Origin: Carcharhinus amblyrhynchos
Taxonomy: Eukaryota
Length of the DNA stretch: 64,000 nucleotides
Assembly: GCA_965287045.1 (NCBI GenBank)
Contig: OZ336876.1
Coordinates: 57,288,001-57,352,000 of the forward strand
Direction of reading: 5' to 3'
Part shown: one piece after another, positions 38,690-52,508 of the stretch
How positions within the stretch are numbered: the stretch's first letter is position 1
How the letters are laid out: each line of letters opens with the position of its first letter
Made by a program: the position numbers and the translations under genes
Notes under the pieces: generated by a model
Database searches by the model: none
The model's input: the letters and a program-made list of their open reading frames with translations, nothing else
What the model was told of the DNA's origin: nothing

Positions 38690-39205
38690 CCTCCAAATTG
38701 CTCATCATTCTGAAATATATTGCTTTCCTTCATTGTTGGTAGGTCATAAACCTGGAATTCCCTCTGTAACAGCACCACAACTCCAGTGTCTGCAGCAGTT
38801 CAAGAACGCAGCTCGCCACCACCTTCTGAATCATAAAATTCCTATTGCGGACGGAGGTGCTTCAGCCCATCGAGTCTGCACCGACTTCAAGGGCTAACCT
38901 TGTAACCCTATGTATTCATCCCGCTAATTCCCCGAACCTATATAGCTTGGAACACCAAGATTTAACATGATCAATCCACCCAAACTGCGCATCTTTTGAC
39001 TGTGGGAGGAAACCAGAGCACCCTGGCGAAACCCATGTAGACACAGGGAGGACGTGGAAATTCCATACACTCACCCAAGGCTGGAACTGAACCCGGGTCC
39101 CTGATGTTGTGAGGTAGCAATGCTAACCACTGTTAAGGGCAATTAGGGATGAGCAATAAATGCTGGCCTAGCCAGTGATGCCCATATTGCATAAATGAAT
39201 AAAAG
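38690..39205 (+). mobile_element. CR1/L2-group LINE tail split by a minus-strand HE1-like SINE (about 38830-39132)
   Basis: ctcgccaccaccttc...[SINE]...aagggcaattagggatgagcaataaatgctggcc. Confidence 0.7.
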
Positions 39206-39227
39206 AAAGTTATATATACACGCAAGA

Positions 39228-40060
39228 CCATAAGAAATAGAAATAGGGGTAAGCATTCAGTCCATCAAGACTCCCTCGCCATTTAAGAAGATCATGGCTG
39301 ATCATTCCTGCTTTACCTCCCCATAATCCATAGTTCCCCTCCTGATTAAAAACCTATTGATTTCAGACTTGAAAATGTTCAAGGACACCACAGCTTCCTG
39401 GGGTAAAGAATTCCAAAGATTCTTTCCTCTTCCTCAAATCCATCTTAAATGGGCATTCCCTTATTCTGCAACTATGCCCTTTGGTCCTACACTCTCCCAG
39501 GAATGAAAAATCCTCTCAAAATTTGCCCTGTCTCACCCTCTAAAAATCTTGTATCTCTCAATCATATCATCTCTCTCTTCAGAATTCCAGGGAATACAGG
39601 GAGTTCTTTCCTCACATGACAGTTCCTCCATCCCAGGATCATCTTGTAAACCTTTACAGCCTCCAATATCTTTCCTTAAATAAGGAAACCAAAACTGTAC
39701 ACAGTATTCTAAATGTGGTCTCACTAGTACCTTGTTTATTTTTATATTCCTGTCCCCTTGAAATAAAAGCCAGCATTCTATTTGCCTTCCATGTTACCTT
39801 TTGCATCAAAATGCTAACTTCCTGGGTTTCATGAACAAGGTCCCCAAATCCCTTCATGCTACAGCTTCCTGCAGTCTCTCCCTATTTAAGTAATAATCTG
39901 CCTTCTTATTCTTTCTTCCAAAATGAACAATCTCATTTTCCCATATTGAAATCCATTTGCCAATCTTCTGCCCACTCATTTTAACCTGTCAATATTTCTC
40001 TATAGCTAATTATATCCTTCTTACAACCTGCCTTCCCTGCCACTTCTGTATGATCTGAAA
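39228..40060 (-). mobile_element. CR1 3' fragment
   Basis: RPHLEYCVQFWFPYLRKDI; KANRMLAFISRG. Confidence 0.85.
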
Positions 40061-40579
40061 ATATATTGTTTCTGAAAAAGAATGTCCATTATTGTTTGTG
40101 GGGAATCAAAAGCATTACACAATATATTGCTAAGACACTACTTTGTTCATATATTAATTAATGGATGTTGAGTAGCATTGCAGATTGGTGTTTGAATAAA
40201 CGTGTCCAGCTGGGAAATATATTCAAATTATAAATTTAGGAATAAGGGATTTCAATTAATATTTTTCCATTACAAGATCTCCCATCTTCTACCACATAAA
40301 TGTGGGACAACCAAAACCATGACCTCCTGCATCACTGATGAGTGTAGTTTCGCAGTTCTTTTGGAAACAAGACGTGCTGTTGCTGTCCAACCATTAGGTT
40401 TTCATATGATTGCTACTACTAGTGTGAACAGTTGACAATTATGCTTTGGATTTGAATTCAAATCTTACTGGTTGGAAGTAAATGATTTACTACTACAGTG
40501 ATCATTCCATCGTCATAATAATACTACAAATAATAACTCTAATTTTATTAATTTGGGGCGGCATGATGGTTAGCTGATG

Positions 40580-42171
40580 GTCCACTGATTGTGGACAAGT
40601 CCCCAGGACCAGATGGAATGCATCCAAGGGTTCTGAAAGAAATGGCGGAGGTGATAGTGGATGCCTTGGTGATTATTTTCCAAACGTCGCTGGATTCCGG
40701 AGAAGTGCCGGAAGATTGGAAAACAGCTAATGTTACGCCGTTGAGGGTGGCAGGCAAAAGGCAGGGAATTATAGGCCGGTTAGTTTAACGTCTGTTGTAG
40801 GTAAAACGTCAGAATCTGTGATCAAGGAGAAAATAGCGAGGCATCTTGAGGAGAATTGTTTGATACAGCAGACGCAGCACGGTTTCGTTAAGGGGTAGTC
40901 GTGTCTGACGAATTTATTGGAGTTCTATGAGGATGTGTCTAGGGCAGTGGATAGAAGAGAGCCGGTAGATGTGGTGTTTCTTGATTTTCAGAAGGCGTTT
41001 GATAAGGCGCCTCACAAGAGGTTATTACAGAAGGTCAGGGGGCATGGAGTTGGGGGTAGGGTGTTGGCGTGGATAGGGGATTGGCTGTCAAATAGGAGGC
41101 AGAGAGTGGGGGTCAATGGATGCTATTCGGATTGGCGGTTGGTGACTAGTGGAGTGCCCCAGGGGTCGGTACTGGGGCCGCAGCTATTTACCATTTATAT
41201 AGATGATCTGGAGGAGGGAACCGAGTGTAGGGTGTCGAAATTTGCTGATGACACCAAGATTGGTGGAACGACAAATTGTGCGGAGGGTGTGGAGAGTCTG
41301 CAGAAGGATCTAGATAGGCTGGGCAAATGGGCCAGGAACTGGCAAATGGAATTTAATGTTGACAAATGTGAAGTTGTCCACTTTGGTAGGAATAATGGTA
41401 GGAAGGACTATTACTTACATGGCGAAAAACTGCAGCATACAACGGTGCAGAGGGACCTCGGGGTCCTTGTGCATGAGTTGCAAAAACCCAGCCTGCAGGT
41501 GCAGCAGGTGGTCAGGAAGGCAAATGGGATGCCGGCCTTCATAGCGAGGGGGATTGAATATAAAAGTAGGGAGGTCTTGTTGCAGCTGTATAGGGCACTA
41601 GTGAGGCCGCAGCTGGAGTACTGTGTGCAGTTTTGGTCACCGCACTTACGCAAGGATATTTTGGCCTTGGAGGGAGTGCAGAGGAGGTTTACTAGGCTGA
41701 TACTGGAGTTGAGGGGGTTGAACTATGAGGAGAGGCTGAATAAATCATGCTTGTACTCGTTAGAGTTTAGAAGAATGAGGGGAGATCTCACTGAGACGTA
41801 TAAGATGATGAATGGGATGGATAGGATAGAGGTGGAGAGGCTCTTCCCGCTCAGGAAGGACAGTAGGACTAGAGGGCACAGCCTCAAGATAAAGGGGGGG
41901 CGGTTTAGAATGGAGGTGAGGAGGAACTTCTTCACTCAAAGGGTGGTGAATCTCTGGAATTCTCTGCCTGTTGAAGTGGTGGAGGCTGCCTCGCTAAATA
42001 TATTTAAGACACGGGTTGATAGGTTTTTGATAGGCAAGGGGATTAAGGGTTATGGGGAGAGGGCGGGAATGTGGAACTGAGACACGACAGATCAGCCATG
42101 ATCTTATTGAATGGTGGGGCAGGCTCGAGGGGCTAGATGGCCTACTCCTGCTCCTATTTCTTATGTTCTTA
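40580..42171 (+). mobile_element. Young 5'-truncated CR1 LINE with a 387-aa open RT/C-terminal frame (40917-42080)
   Basis: FLDFQKAFDK, SGVPQGSVLGPQLF, KFADDTK, RRNFFTQRVVNLWNSLP; 3' stem-loop and ttcttatgttctt tail; upstream stops and frameshift. Confidence 0.97.
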
Positions 42172-42460
42172 TTAGCACTGCTGCCACACAGCACCAGGAA
42201 CCCAAGTTTGATTCTGGCCTTGTATGGTTGTCTGTTTGGAGTTACACATTCTCACCGAATCTGTGATGGTTTCTTCTGGGTGCTCCGGTTTCCTTCTACA
42301 GTCCAAAGATGTGCAAGTTAGGTGGATTAGCCATGGTAAAAGCGCAGGGTTATAGAGATAGGGTGGAGGGGAAGGCCTTGGTGGGATGCTCTTTCAAAGA
42401 GTTGGTGAAGATCCGATGGGTTGGATAGTCTCTTTCTGCACTGTAGGGCTTCTATGATTC
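42172..42460 (+). mobile_element. HE1-like SINE body (head at 40555-40574, separated by the CR1)
   Basis: ggggcggcatgatggttagc ... ttagcactgctgccacacagcacc; ttagc is duplicated. Confidence 0.8.
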
Positions 42461-43699
42461 AGTGGTTAAAAGACTCAGTACTGGCACCTGGTTAACAAAC
42501 AGCTAATATCCAAACGAGCTCAGTACTGTTTGGATAAGCCTTCAAGCAGTTTACACACCTGTTGTAAAACCAACACCTTTAAAACATGTTTTCTGCACTG
42601 GATTCAGTTTATTATCCCAGCGATGTTCAAATTTTTTGGTGAATATGAAAATCAGGTACAGCAAGCTGTTTTAATGCAGCAGCTTGTTGGAATACGGAGA
42701 ACGCCCAAATCGCCACTAAAATAGAACAGCTGATGGCGCACTTCTATCGTGTTGCCGTATCTCCAAAAAAGCTTATGGTCAGTTTCTATCTTAATGTGCT
42801 TTTTTCACATCTTTTCCATAGACTGTCTGCTAATTTATTTCTCACACAGTGAGCTCTATATCATCACAGCAGATGCTGAGAAAGAGGAAGGAACCCAACA
42901 TGTTAATAAGCCACAGCTACTTCCTTTACATCAATGATTATTTTAGGCCACTGGAAACATCAGGCTTAAACTGAAGGTTTGAACAATTCAAGTAATTCAG
43001 GTCTGTGATTTCTGGCATTTGCACCCAGCACCAATTTATTTTGTTACAGAAAAACATTTTAATACAGATTGTCACATTCCCAAGCTGTCGCCTGCTTCAT
43101 TATTTGTATTGGCTAGAATTCAACAACTTTTCAACAATTGCAATCTTCAGAAGATATTTAGTATTTACAATGTTAAAACATAGAATGATGGAATCATACA
43201 GGACATAAACCAGCCATCCGGCTCACTGTACCGGTGTTAACTCTAAAAGAGACGTTTGCTTAATTCCATTCTGCAGCTATTTCTCTGCATCTTCCTTTTC
43301 AAATATTTATTTAATTTGCTTTAAAACTCTTATGGAATGTACTTTCACCACTGTTTCTGGGGTGTATTAAAAGTAAGTCTTAACCATTCCATTCCTTCTT
43401 TTAAATAAATGTACACTATCCACTTACTGACCCACCAGCTGGTGGCAACTGGTTTTCCTGACTTTGTTAAAACAAAGGTTTAAACTACTTCTATTAGGTG
43501 ACCTGTTAGCATTTCCTGTTCTAATGAATGTCTTCTTGTACTCCAACGCTCCTGGGAATCTATCAGAATCAGAAACAATCTCCCAGTAGCTAAAGAAAAC
43601 ATTCTGGGACATTTAAATAAATCAATCCCATGATTCATCATCATCCAATCACCAAAAAGGGGGGCGGGAAAAAAACAACAGATTCCAGTATTATGTGGA

Positions 43700-44052
43700 G
43701 AGATGGTGGCCTAGTGGCATTTTTGCTGGACTATTAATCCATAAACTCAGCTAATGTTCTGGGGACTCAAGTTCGAATCCCACATGGCAGATGGTGGAAT
43801 TTGAACTTAATAAAAAAAATCTGGAATTAAGAATCTATTGAGACAATGAAACCATTGTTAATTGCCAGAAAAAAACCATCAGATTCACCAATGTCCTTTA
43901 TTGAAGGAAATCTGCCATCCTTACCTGGTCTGGCTTATGTCTGACTCCAGAGCCATGGCAACATGGTTGACTCTCAACTGCTCTCTGAGGGCAACTAGGG
44001 ATGGGTAATAAATGCTGGCCAGCCAGCGATGCCCATGTCCCAAGAATAAATA
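43700..44052 (+). mobile_element. SacSINE1/DeuSINE-like tRNA SINE
   Basis: A box tggcctagtgg, B box gttcgaatcc, Deu-like gaaggaaatctgccatccttacctggtctggc, LINE-type tail. Confidence 0.8.
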
Positions 44053-46959
44053 ATAACATTTAAAAAACATGAGACATTGTCACATGATGACATCATATCC
44101 AGCGCAATGCTGCCCAATCAAATACAAGCTTTAAATCAAAAGAAAAGCCAGGAGGACTACAACTGGCTGGGATGCTGGAAAAGTGCAATGGGATTGGTGG
44201 GGTTGAATTTCATTGACAGTTTGGGGGCAAGCATCAAGCTTAAGTCTGAGTGTGATGGGTGCGAGCAGGCATTCTAATCACTTCATTTCATTCAAAACAC
44301 AGATGTGGAGAGAGGGAAAAAAAACTTAAGAGTGAATAAAACTTTGTTTCCTTCTAAACTTTAATCATTATTCACCCTTGCTGAAAATTTATGTTGTTTG
44401 CCTCAAGGTTGGTTTGCTTTCCTCTCACATGTTCCTTTAGAACCCATTCGTACCACACCACTGAATTTTCATAACGTCACATCTGCCAACATCTCTTGGA
44501 ATATGTTAAGCCAGAGCTGACAGCATTACTTCAATTCTAATAGGGCAAGGAGTGTAATAATAAAATTTGTCAAAGACCTGGACCAGATCTCTTGCATTAT
44601 CCTTCAATCTCTCCAAAAGTTAACACTAGGTGAGACGAAGTTTATAGCATGAATTGTAAGTTGCTTTGTTCCACAGTAAGACAAATTGAGCAACGCAAGT
44701 AGTATGATCATAGTCAAATAGTTCAAATAAATACAATTTATATTTGTGTAATGATGCAAAACAGAGAAAGTGCAATATTGTTAACATTGGCTCACACAAA
44801 CATATGCGAAGTGTAACGCTGGTCACTAGTATCCCTAATCATATTTTAAGATGTGGGTACAATTTTCAACAAGACAGTTTGATTTAAGGTAAGGAAAAAG
44901 TTCCACTCATCCATAATCTAATGAAATTACATGGCATCTTAGGGCTCATTATCACTGAAGCTCTGTTCTGATTTCCAGGGAATTGATTTAATAGCCATAA
45001 TGAACACTTTTTCTGGCATTTCTCAAAGGATTTTTTTTGTTTAATTTTAATTATTTCTGAAAAAAATCAACCTTTTAATCTTGACGTTGTGGTAACTGAT
45101 TACAAGTTGAGATCCATTCCTGTTGCTTATGCAGAAAAGTAAAATATGAAGTACAAACTATCACCAGAAGGCATATTTTGGTTTGGTCTCGGTCAATTCG
45201 TAACATCACAGGCTGTTTGCACTTCATAGCAATCAGATATTCCGTGTGAACTTTCTATTAAGCTTCTCTAGTTCAGCTCTGAGTAATTACAACAATGTGG
45301 TCTCTGAAAACAAAATCTGTGATCACTGTGAGTTATCATTAATTCCAATAACCTACAACTTATCTGAGGCACATCTGGTCATCCATCTTGTACAGCCTCT
45401 TGGAGAAGCTGCAAATCTTTGTCCTTAAAAACCTCCTGCCTAAGTTATTCAAGTATGTGTTCCAGTATCAGTGCCGATGCTAACAAACTGTACATCCACT
45501 GTTACCTCATCACTACTGACAATCTTTATTGGGGACATGTGACATGCAATGAATTACATAATATATTCCAAGAATAATTGTCATATGTAGTGCATATTTT
45601 TTAAATTGTAGCAATAAACTTTATATTAGCAATGGACAATCATTGCTTGATGCCTTTAGAAGATAAAACATTTGTAGCGCAAAAGGAACCATTTAGCCCA
45701 ACACATCAATGCTTGCACTTCTGACATTGCAATGGAATCCTTTACATTCCATCATTCCTAAAAAAACATAAGCAGCAATACTGAATTGTCTGTCTAATAC
45801 TCAAGCCACATCTCTGGTAATAATTACTAGTCTACCCCTTTGTTTTGAATCCTTTGGTCATTTATATATGTTACACACAACCTCTCAGCTCTACTTATTT
45901 GAAATCTTTTCCTTGGTTTTCTTATTTAACTTTTGATGTCTTTGCCACTGGTATCACAGCGTTTCCATGTTTCTCAACTTCAACACTTTCCATTTTTTCT
46001 CTACTAAATCTTTCTCTATTTGTTTCCATTAGGTTTTCTTTTCTTTACAGCGTAATGCACCCGGCTCTACTTCAACTATTCCAAGCCAAGCCAATCCTTC
46101 CCCTGTCACATTAATTTGAATTTTTCCTCAATGCTCTCTTTACCTACTCTGCAAAAATGTGCACCCTCTTTCTGATTCAGGTGAAAGTCATTCTTTCTAC
46201 ATAACCTTCACTTGTTCTAAAGCACACAACAATACATCTTTTGTCTTGCATCAGCTCTACAACTACATGTTGACTGGTCTAATTTTAATCATCAGCTTAA
46301 GTTCTACAATGCAAGCTCCCAAGCAAATGTCATAGTTAGCATTTCCTTCCGTACTTGACCTTGGTACGTGGTTGTGTTCACTACTGATTTCCAATTGTAT
46401 TTATAGAGAAGTACAGCACCTAACCCCCATTAACTCATGTCTGCCCTGTTTGCATTATGTACAAAATTGAATGGTGTTGAAATGCAAAACTCTATCATCA
46501 TCAAGGAATAATAGTTTGGCTTCCTTATGTTTCACTAAATTTTGAACACAGCTTGCAAACATACACTTTCCAGGCAATCGCATTATTGGTTTCCAATCGA
46601 CATCCTCACACCATGGTTAGCTTTAGTAGCCAGAATGCATACTTTTCCTCAAGATGAGGCACGTTCATTTGCATGGGAACACTTCTTCTGCCATTTCTTT
46701 ATCTCAACTTCATTGCTTGAGAAGCTATATTCAAATACGTTACAGGATTCCCAGATTATTAACTAGTCTAGATTTGAAATTGCAGATGACTCCACCTAGA
46801 TAAATTGGAACATCTTCAACAGGGTTGAACAAGAATCTGGTTAGATCGAATCATCACAGTGCCACTTACTTAATGTGTCAATTTAGATCCTACCCACCCA
46901 TTCTTTCTGAAGCAACTGTCAAAAGCATAAGGAATTGTAGAAGGCAAGTGCCACTTGAC

Positions 46960-47130
46960 CTTCTCAGTCTTTTGGCCAAGATCAAGCATCAGATCAAGCC
47001 CAAGATGGGGAGCAATGCCTTATCTTAGCTTTGACCCTGTTTGTCTCTCTTGTGGGGAACATGAATTGGATTCAATTGGAATTTGCTTTTGGAGCAAGCA
47101 AAGAATGGATTTGGGTTTGCCTGGTCTTTT
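46960..47130 (+). pseudogene. U2 snRNA-derived chimeric element
   Basis: 46960-46986 matches the U2 5' end (CTTCTCGGCCTTTTGGCTAAGATCAAG) at 24/27. 47087-47126 resembles the U2 Sm-site/stem III region. The middle is not U2-like. Confidence 0.7.
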
Positions 47131-48654
47131 CTGAATACTGGCTCTGTAACTTTACAAATGGAGTACTTTTTTTAAATAAAGGTAAGTACTACTCAATCAA
47201 CTGCATTCTTCTGCTAGCAACTCCCAAATTAGTAAACATGACCATATTTGAGTTATAGACTGAGACATACTCTATCTTTTCTCCCTTTAGACTTTAAGGA
47301 ACTACACATCGCTCCACCCTTCTGTTATTCTTGAGGGAAAACAAAATACTTACCTGCCTACATTTATTATGCTTATATGAAATATAGACACAATATGGTA
47401 ATAGAGGAAATTGGAGCACTATTCAAATTTTCACATTCGTTGAATAGTGTAAACAGCATCCAAATTTGAATATTTCCACTCCATAATTTTATACAAACTT
47501 TGTTCACTACAACTTAAATATGACAACATTAATGCTGGAAATTCCACCCATTCTTTCAACATGTAATTCATTATTGAGCAGTGAATAAAAACTACATTTT
47601 ACAGCACAATGCATCATAAAACTGCAGAATTAAATATTCTATAGATGTGTCGACCAATTTTAAGAACACTCAAGGTTTAGAAAATGTTTGATATTTTTCA
47701 TATTACTGAAACATGCGACATGGTGTGGAAATGTCAAAGCACTGGAAAGTGTGTCACATAATTTAAAAAATACAGTAGCATCTCCATTGCCATTGCTCAC
47801 AATAATCCGCAAGTTTTATAAGAACAAGGAGTTATGCCAAGTATCATTACCAGGGATTCTGACTTATCAACAGTACAAAAGAATAATGCTTAACGCACAA
47901 GTGAGTTTGCTGACTTGCAGATTTTAATAAAACTAAATACCATAAAAGAAAACAACCTCAAACGGCTCAAAATTTTGTTTATTCGATTTCCAACCTGTTA
48001 TGTATTTGAAATAAATTTATTTTATCCTTAAAAATGGTTTGGAATGGATTGCTAACTGGATTGTCAACAGCAATAAGTTCCACACCATTCTCTATACAAT
48101 TTGCATTTCAAATGATCAGAAAAACCCATAATCTGTTAACACATACTGTACCTAGGCATCGGCTGTTAATAGCTTTAAATAAATGACATACTTGTGAAAA
48201 TTTGATAATTTAATCTTCAATCTTTCAAAGTTTTTTGGAAAAAACAAAGAAACTCTCAAATCCTCACAGGATGAAGTAGACACACTCTTTATCCTTCAAC
48301 TCCTTTTGCTTTAAGGATAAATATGTAATTGAATTAAGATTGAAATAACATTGCGTTTAGGCAGTCTTCTGTAACATGTGTCTTAAAACTACCATGTTGC
48401 TAACCAACTCACAATTTTAGATCCCATTGCAACCTTCGAAAACTATGCCTTTAGTGATGGAGCAATCATTTACCTCGAGTTCTCGAATTTCTAACTGCTT
48501 TCTGTTCCAACCTTTCTTCCACCCTTCAACATTGTCCTTCAAGCTCCCCATGCCTTTGCTCACCTTCTGATTTGTCTGTCCTACTTTTGTCTGGTGTCCT
48601 ATGGGACACCATCCTATGAGGTGTTTTATTGTAGGAAAGTTACTATAAATATTA

Positions 48655-48775
48655 GGATAACGGCACAGCATTGCAGATGCTGGAATCTGAAACAAAAACA
48701 GAAAATGCTGGAAAATCTCAGTCAGTCTGACAGCATCTGTGGAGAGGGAATAGAGCTAACGTTTAGAGTCTGGTC
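48655..48775 (-). mobile_element. PLE pLTR terminal fragment
   Basis: gatgctggaatctgaaacaaaaacagaaaatgctg...gacagcatctgtggagag is shared with 59780-59880. Confidence 0.8.
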
Positions 48776-50424
48776 ACTATAATAATTCTAGTATTAGGAC
48801 TAATCAAACATTTATTGATTTTCAGTTAGCATGTCTAATTCTGATATTCAAATTGGTATCATTGCATCTGAAAGTGGTTTGCAGTTTAAAGCACAAATTA
48901 TTCTGGTTGAGTAAATTATGCTGGCTGGGCAATGAAGAAAGTGTTGATTATACATACCAAACTGCTGATCAATACAGGGTACATTCTAATATATTAAAAC
49001 GGCCGAACTGATGATTCTTAAACGGTTTTAATGTGTTTAAAATAAACACACCTATTAACAGTAATCAAATAAACTTTCACAACTTTTCATTTCTAATTTA
49101 CATTTACTGTAAATTACAACAAATTCGTAGCACCACATTAATGAAGCAACACGCTGAGGTTAAAAATTCAGATACAACCCTGAGCTTGATACCCCTCTCA
49201 AGTAAGTTTTGAATATTTTCTTAACTGGGCTGTATAAGGATATGTCAAACAGATATGAGACCTATCGCCAAAAAAAAGACAGAAAGAAGGAGGATTGATT
49301 AATCCATTAAAATGCACTTACATCAGAGCAGAAAAGCAAATGCACAGGTCAACTTCCACAGGAAAATAGCAGGTGGTATGGTGGATAGGGGAAAGAAAAG
49401 GAAATAAAACTATATGTTATTTATACATTTTTTTTGATGCCTCTTCACCTGGTGTATGAATTGTGCCTTGGCTCATAGTTGAGAAAGGAAAATGGTTTAG
49501 TAAAGAACTAGTTGAGAAAAGAAAATCTCTATCTGGGTGTGTACAAGTCAGACAAGTAATTTACTGTATACCATTCTGGAACATTTCTGACTGCAAAGCT
49601 TTACTTATCAAGCATGGTGCCATGTTGTCTGTTTAATAAATGCAAGAGGCTTTCAGTAAGTGATACTGTTAGTTTGGAAGAAGGCCTGAAATACAATTTC
49701 AGCTTGTATATCGCTGATCAGCCCTTTTAAGTTGCATATGCCAAAAATATGTGAAATGACAGAAACACAAATTCCAAAATAAAGCCTATACTCTTTCACA
49801 TTTCATTCCACGATTTGCGTTTAAACATGGTATTTTCCCTCTTCAAAGATATTAAGAATCTTGATAAACATAGAAGTAAAGATGAAGGAGAACAATATGA
49901 AGAAATAAACATTTAGTTAGGAAAACCACTGGTGAAAATCTGATTATTTGGAAAAAAAAGTTAATATTGGAGTATTTCTAGATCACAATCCAAACAGCAT
50001 ATGATTGTACTCGGTTTTTAGTTTTAAGGTCCAGTAAAATAATTTTCCACAAATAAAAATGCAATTAGGTCAATCAACAACCGTATAGATCACCATGTTT
50101 GGGGGCAGTTTGAAAAATATGCAAACCGTTTTCCTCTTAAGAAAGAAAACTTGCTCCAGGTTAATTTTTAGCAGAACAACCAGCAGTTTCTAACATTGGT
50201 CACTTAGACTTTGCACTGTAAATCACTATCTACCTTCAAAATAATGCATGAAAGAGAGCATGAGAAGACCTATACAACAGATCTCTGAGCATTTTTCTTC
50301 AACATCTCTTTCTATTCCAATTCAATTTGTTATTACCTAATTATTTTGAGCTTTAATTTTTTTAATTGTCATCAGAACTTCAATAGATGCTTTCTCCAAA
50401 AATCCAAGTGCACTATATTCCGAA

Positions 50425-50610
50425 GGTGCCCAAGGACCACAAGGCTGCTCTCCCCTTTGATGTAATTTAATCTGAGGATCATCACACCTCGGATGAGGGG
50501 CAAAGTTGCGAAGATGGGGCCTTTGTGACTAACCTCAGCTGATACAAGAATTGAACTAGTGCTGTTGGTATCGCTCTGTATTACGAACCAGCTGTCAAGT
50601 CGACTGAGCT
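50425..50610 (-). mobile_element. tRNA-derived SINE, third family
   Basis: Reverse complement begins AGCTCAGTCGAC (A-box-like) and has GTTCAATTCT (B-box-like). The body is unrelated to the other SINEs here. Confidence 0.55.
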
Positions 50611-51696
50611 CTTCTCAAAAGATTGCCACTAGATCTGAGACACACAACCCTTTACCTCCAATATCCACAGTAATTATTCCTCATGATGTCCACATGGAAA
50701 GTTATTGGTGTGATGTATAATGCTGTTCAGCATTTTAATCACCATGTAGTTGGTGATTAAAATCCTAAGGTGCTTTAGTTCATGCTTCATTCCTCTTTCA
50801 TGCATTGAGATTGCATTTATGATCTCGTAATAATCATATGAAACTCACAGAAAATAAACTAGACATTCACAGATTTCCTCTGCTAGTTCCTTTCATTTAT
50901 ATGCCATTTGGTTCAAATACTTCGCAGACATTTAACTGCTTGTATATTTTTTCATAACATCAGATTTAATTATGTTTACTTGTTGTATATTTCTAAGCCA
51001 AAACAAATGAATCCAAAACTTAAGACAAAGTCTTTACTTGCAGAGAACCAATTCAAAAATCCTGATCAAATTGTACCTCTGTCCAACTATCTGTCTGGTC
51101 TTTGTCCCCTGTATGCTACAAACTAGCTTAAATAAAACTGGATCATCAATATAATTTACAATTCAACTTTCTATTGTGCTCTTACCACATCAGACAACTG
51201 AACTTACTAAAATTTATTTCTGATCATTCTACATTCTAGTATGCTAAATTCATAATTATGTGCAATATGCACAATATAAAAACAAGTACATTATAAGCCT
51301 GAATATCAACCTCAATCCAAATGTAGCAACCAAGCACAAAAGCACAAATCATGCATCATTTCCAAAGTAAATTTGGCTTATTTTTCTTGTTTGCAGGCAA
51401 CTATTAGACTATGGTAACTACATTTCAATAAAAATAATCACGGTTGTACTAAAGTGATCACTATATTCTACTGAACTGTATCTTTCCAAGCTTGAATACA
51501 TTTTAGGAGAAATTATTTTGTATGTTTTTGTTAGAGCAAATACATTACAAATAATATAGTATTAAACAAGGAGGCACCTAGCACTACATTCAACTTAAAT
51601 TTAGACAGAAATGGCAAGGCTTAGGTTCAGTGCATTAAAGACAAATAGGGTGAAAATTTGTCTTCAGCTCTAAGGATTATCCAGACTTGAAACATT

Positions 51697-52508
51697 AGGC
51701 CCGATTTTACCATCCAGTTGTGCCCGTTTTCGGGAGTGAAAACTTGGTAAAGTTGAGTGTGAGGCGAGTAGCGTGATCCGCACCCACCTCCACGCTGGTT
51801 CCCCCCTTTAGCAAGGCCCAAAAATGGCCGCAATTAGGACGACGTCTGAAACGAGCGTGCATTTAAATTGATTTAATGGGCTGCATGCCCAACCTTATCG
51901 GCACTGTCCCCTTTACCACCACATTCGCCCATCTAGAATCGGCACAAAACAGACATGCTTCACAAAAGTTTGATTCAGGCGATCCACTTATGAGGAGGTA
52001 GGTGCCTAGCATCCGTCGGCTCTCTGCTTGAGATCAGTGAGAGGGGTGTGGTGGTCCTCTGCAACTCTGCCTGAAATCAGTGGCGGGGGGTGGAGGAGGG
52101 GGAGCCCGCTGTCACTCTGCCTGAGATCGGTGCAGGGGACCGTGATCAGTCTGGGTGACAGGAGGGGCGTTGGGAGGGATAAGGGGTCCAGTAATATTGT
52201 GGAGGTGAGCAATGTCTATGGAAGCCAGGCGGAAGGCAATATCTGGCCCGGGAGGGATGTGGCATGGGAGCAGCATTCTATCATTTTTTTGTCTGTGCAT
52301 GCGCAGTTGGAGATGCCAATCAGTGCAGCAGGGTTTTGCGTGTTGAGCCCCACCCTGAGGCTTCTGCAGCACGATTCAGACTTGCTGATATTTTTACAGG
52401 CAGAGTGCATATGGGGGTGCCCGAGAACAGGTCTAAAAGTCAAATCTGAAGCACTCCCAGTTTCAAGACTTCCCAGCAGACTTGAATCAAAATGGTCAAA
52501 TAGGGCCC
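51697..52508. mobile_element. 812-bp non-autonomous DNA transposon (Harbinger-type MITE)
   Basis: TIRs aggcccgattttaccat and atggtcaaatagggccc (14/17); 3-bp TSD att at 51694-51696 and 52509-52511; GC-rich, no transposase ORF. Confidence 0.8.

Noticed and set aside
40917-42080. 387-aa reverse transcriptase ORF as a host gene or prokaryotic RT system
   Set aside because: It is the 3' part of CR1 ORF2, with a CR1 tail and a disrupted upstream frame.
43700-43790. tRNA gene
   Set aside because: The A and B boxes run straight into a SINE body and there is no cloverleaf.
46960-47130. Functional U2 snRNA gene
   Set aside because: The branch-point recognition sequence GUAGUA and stem II are absent.
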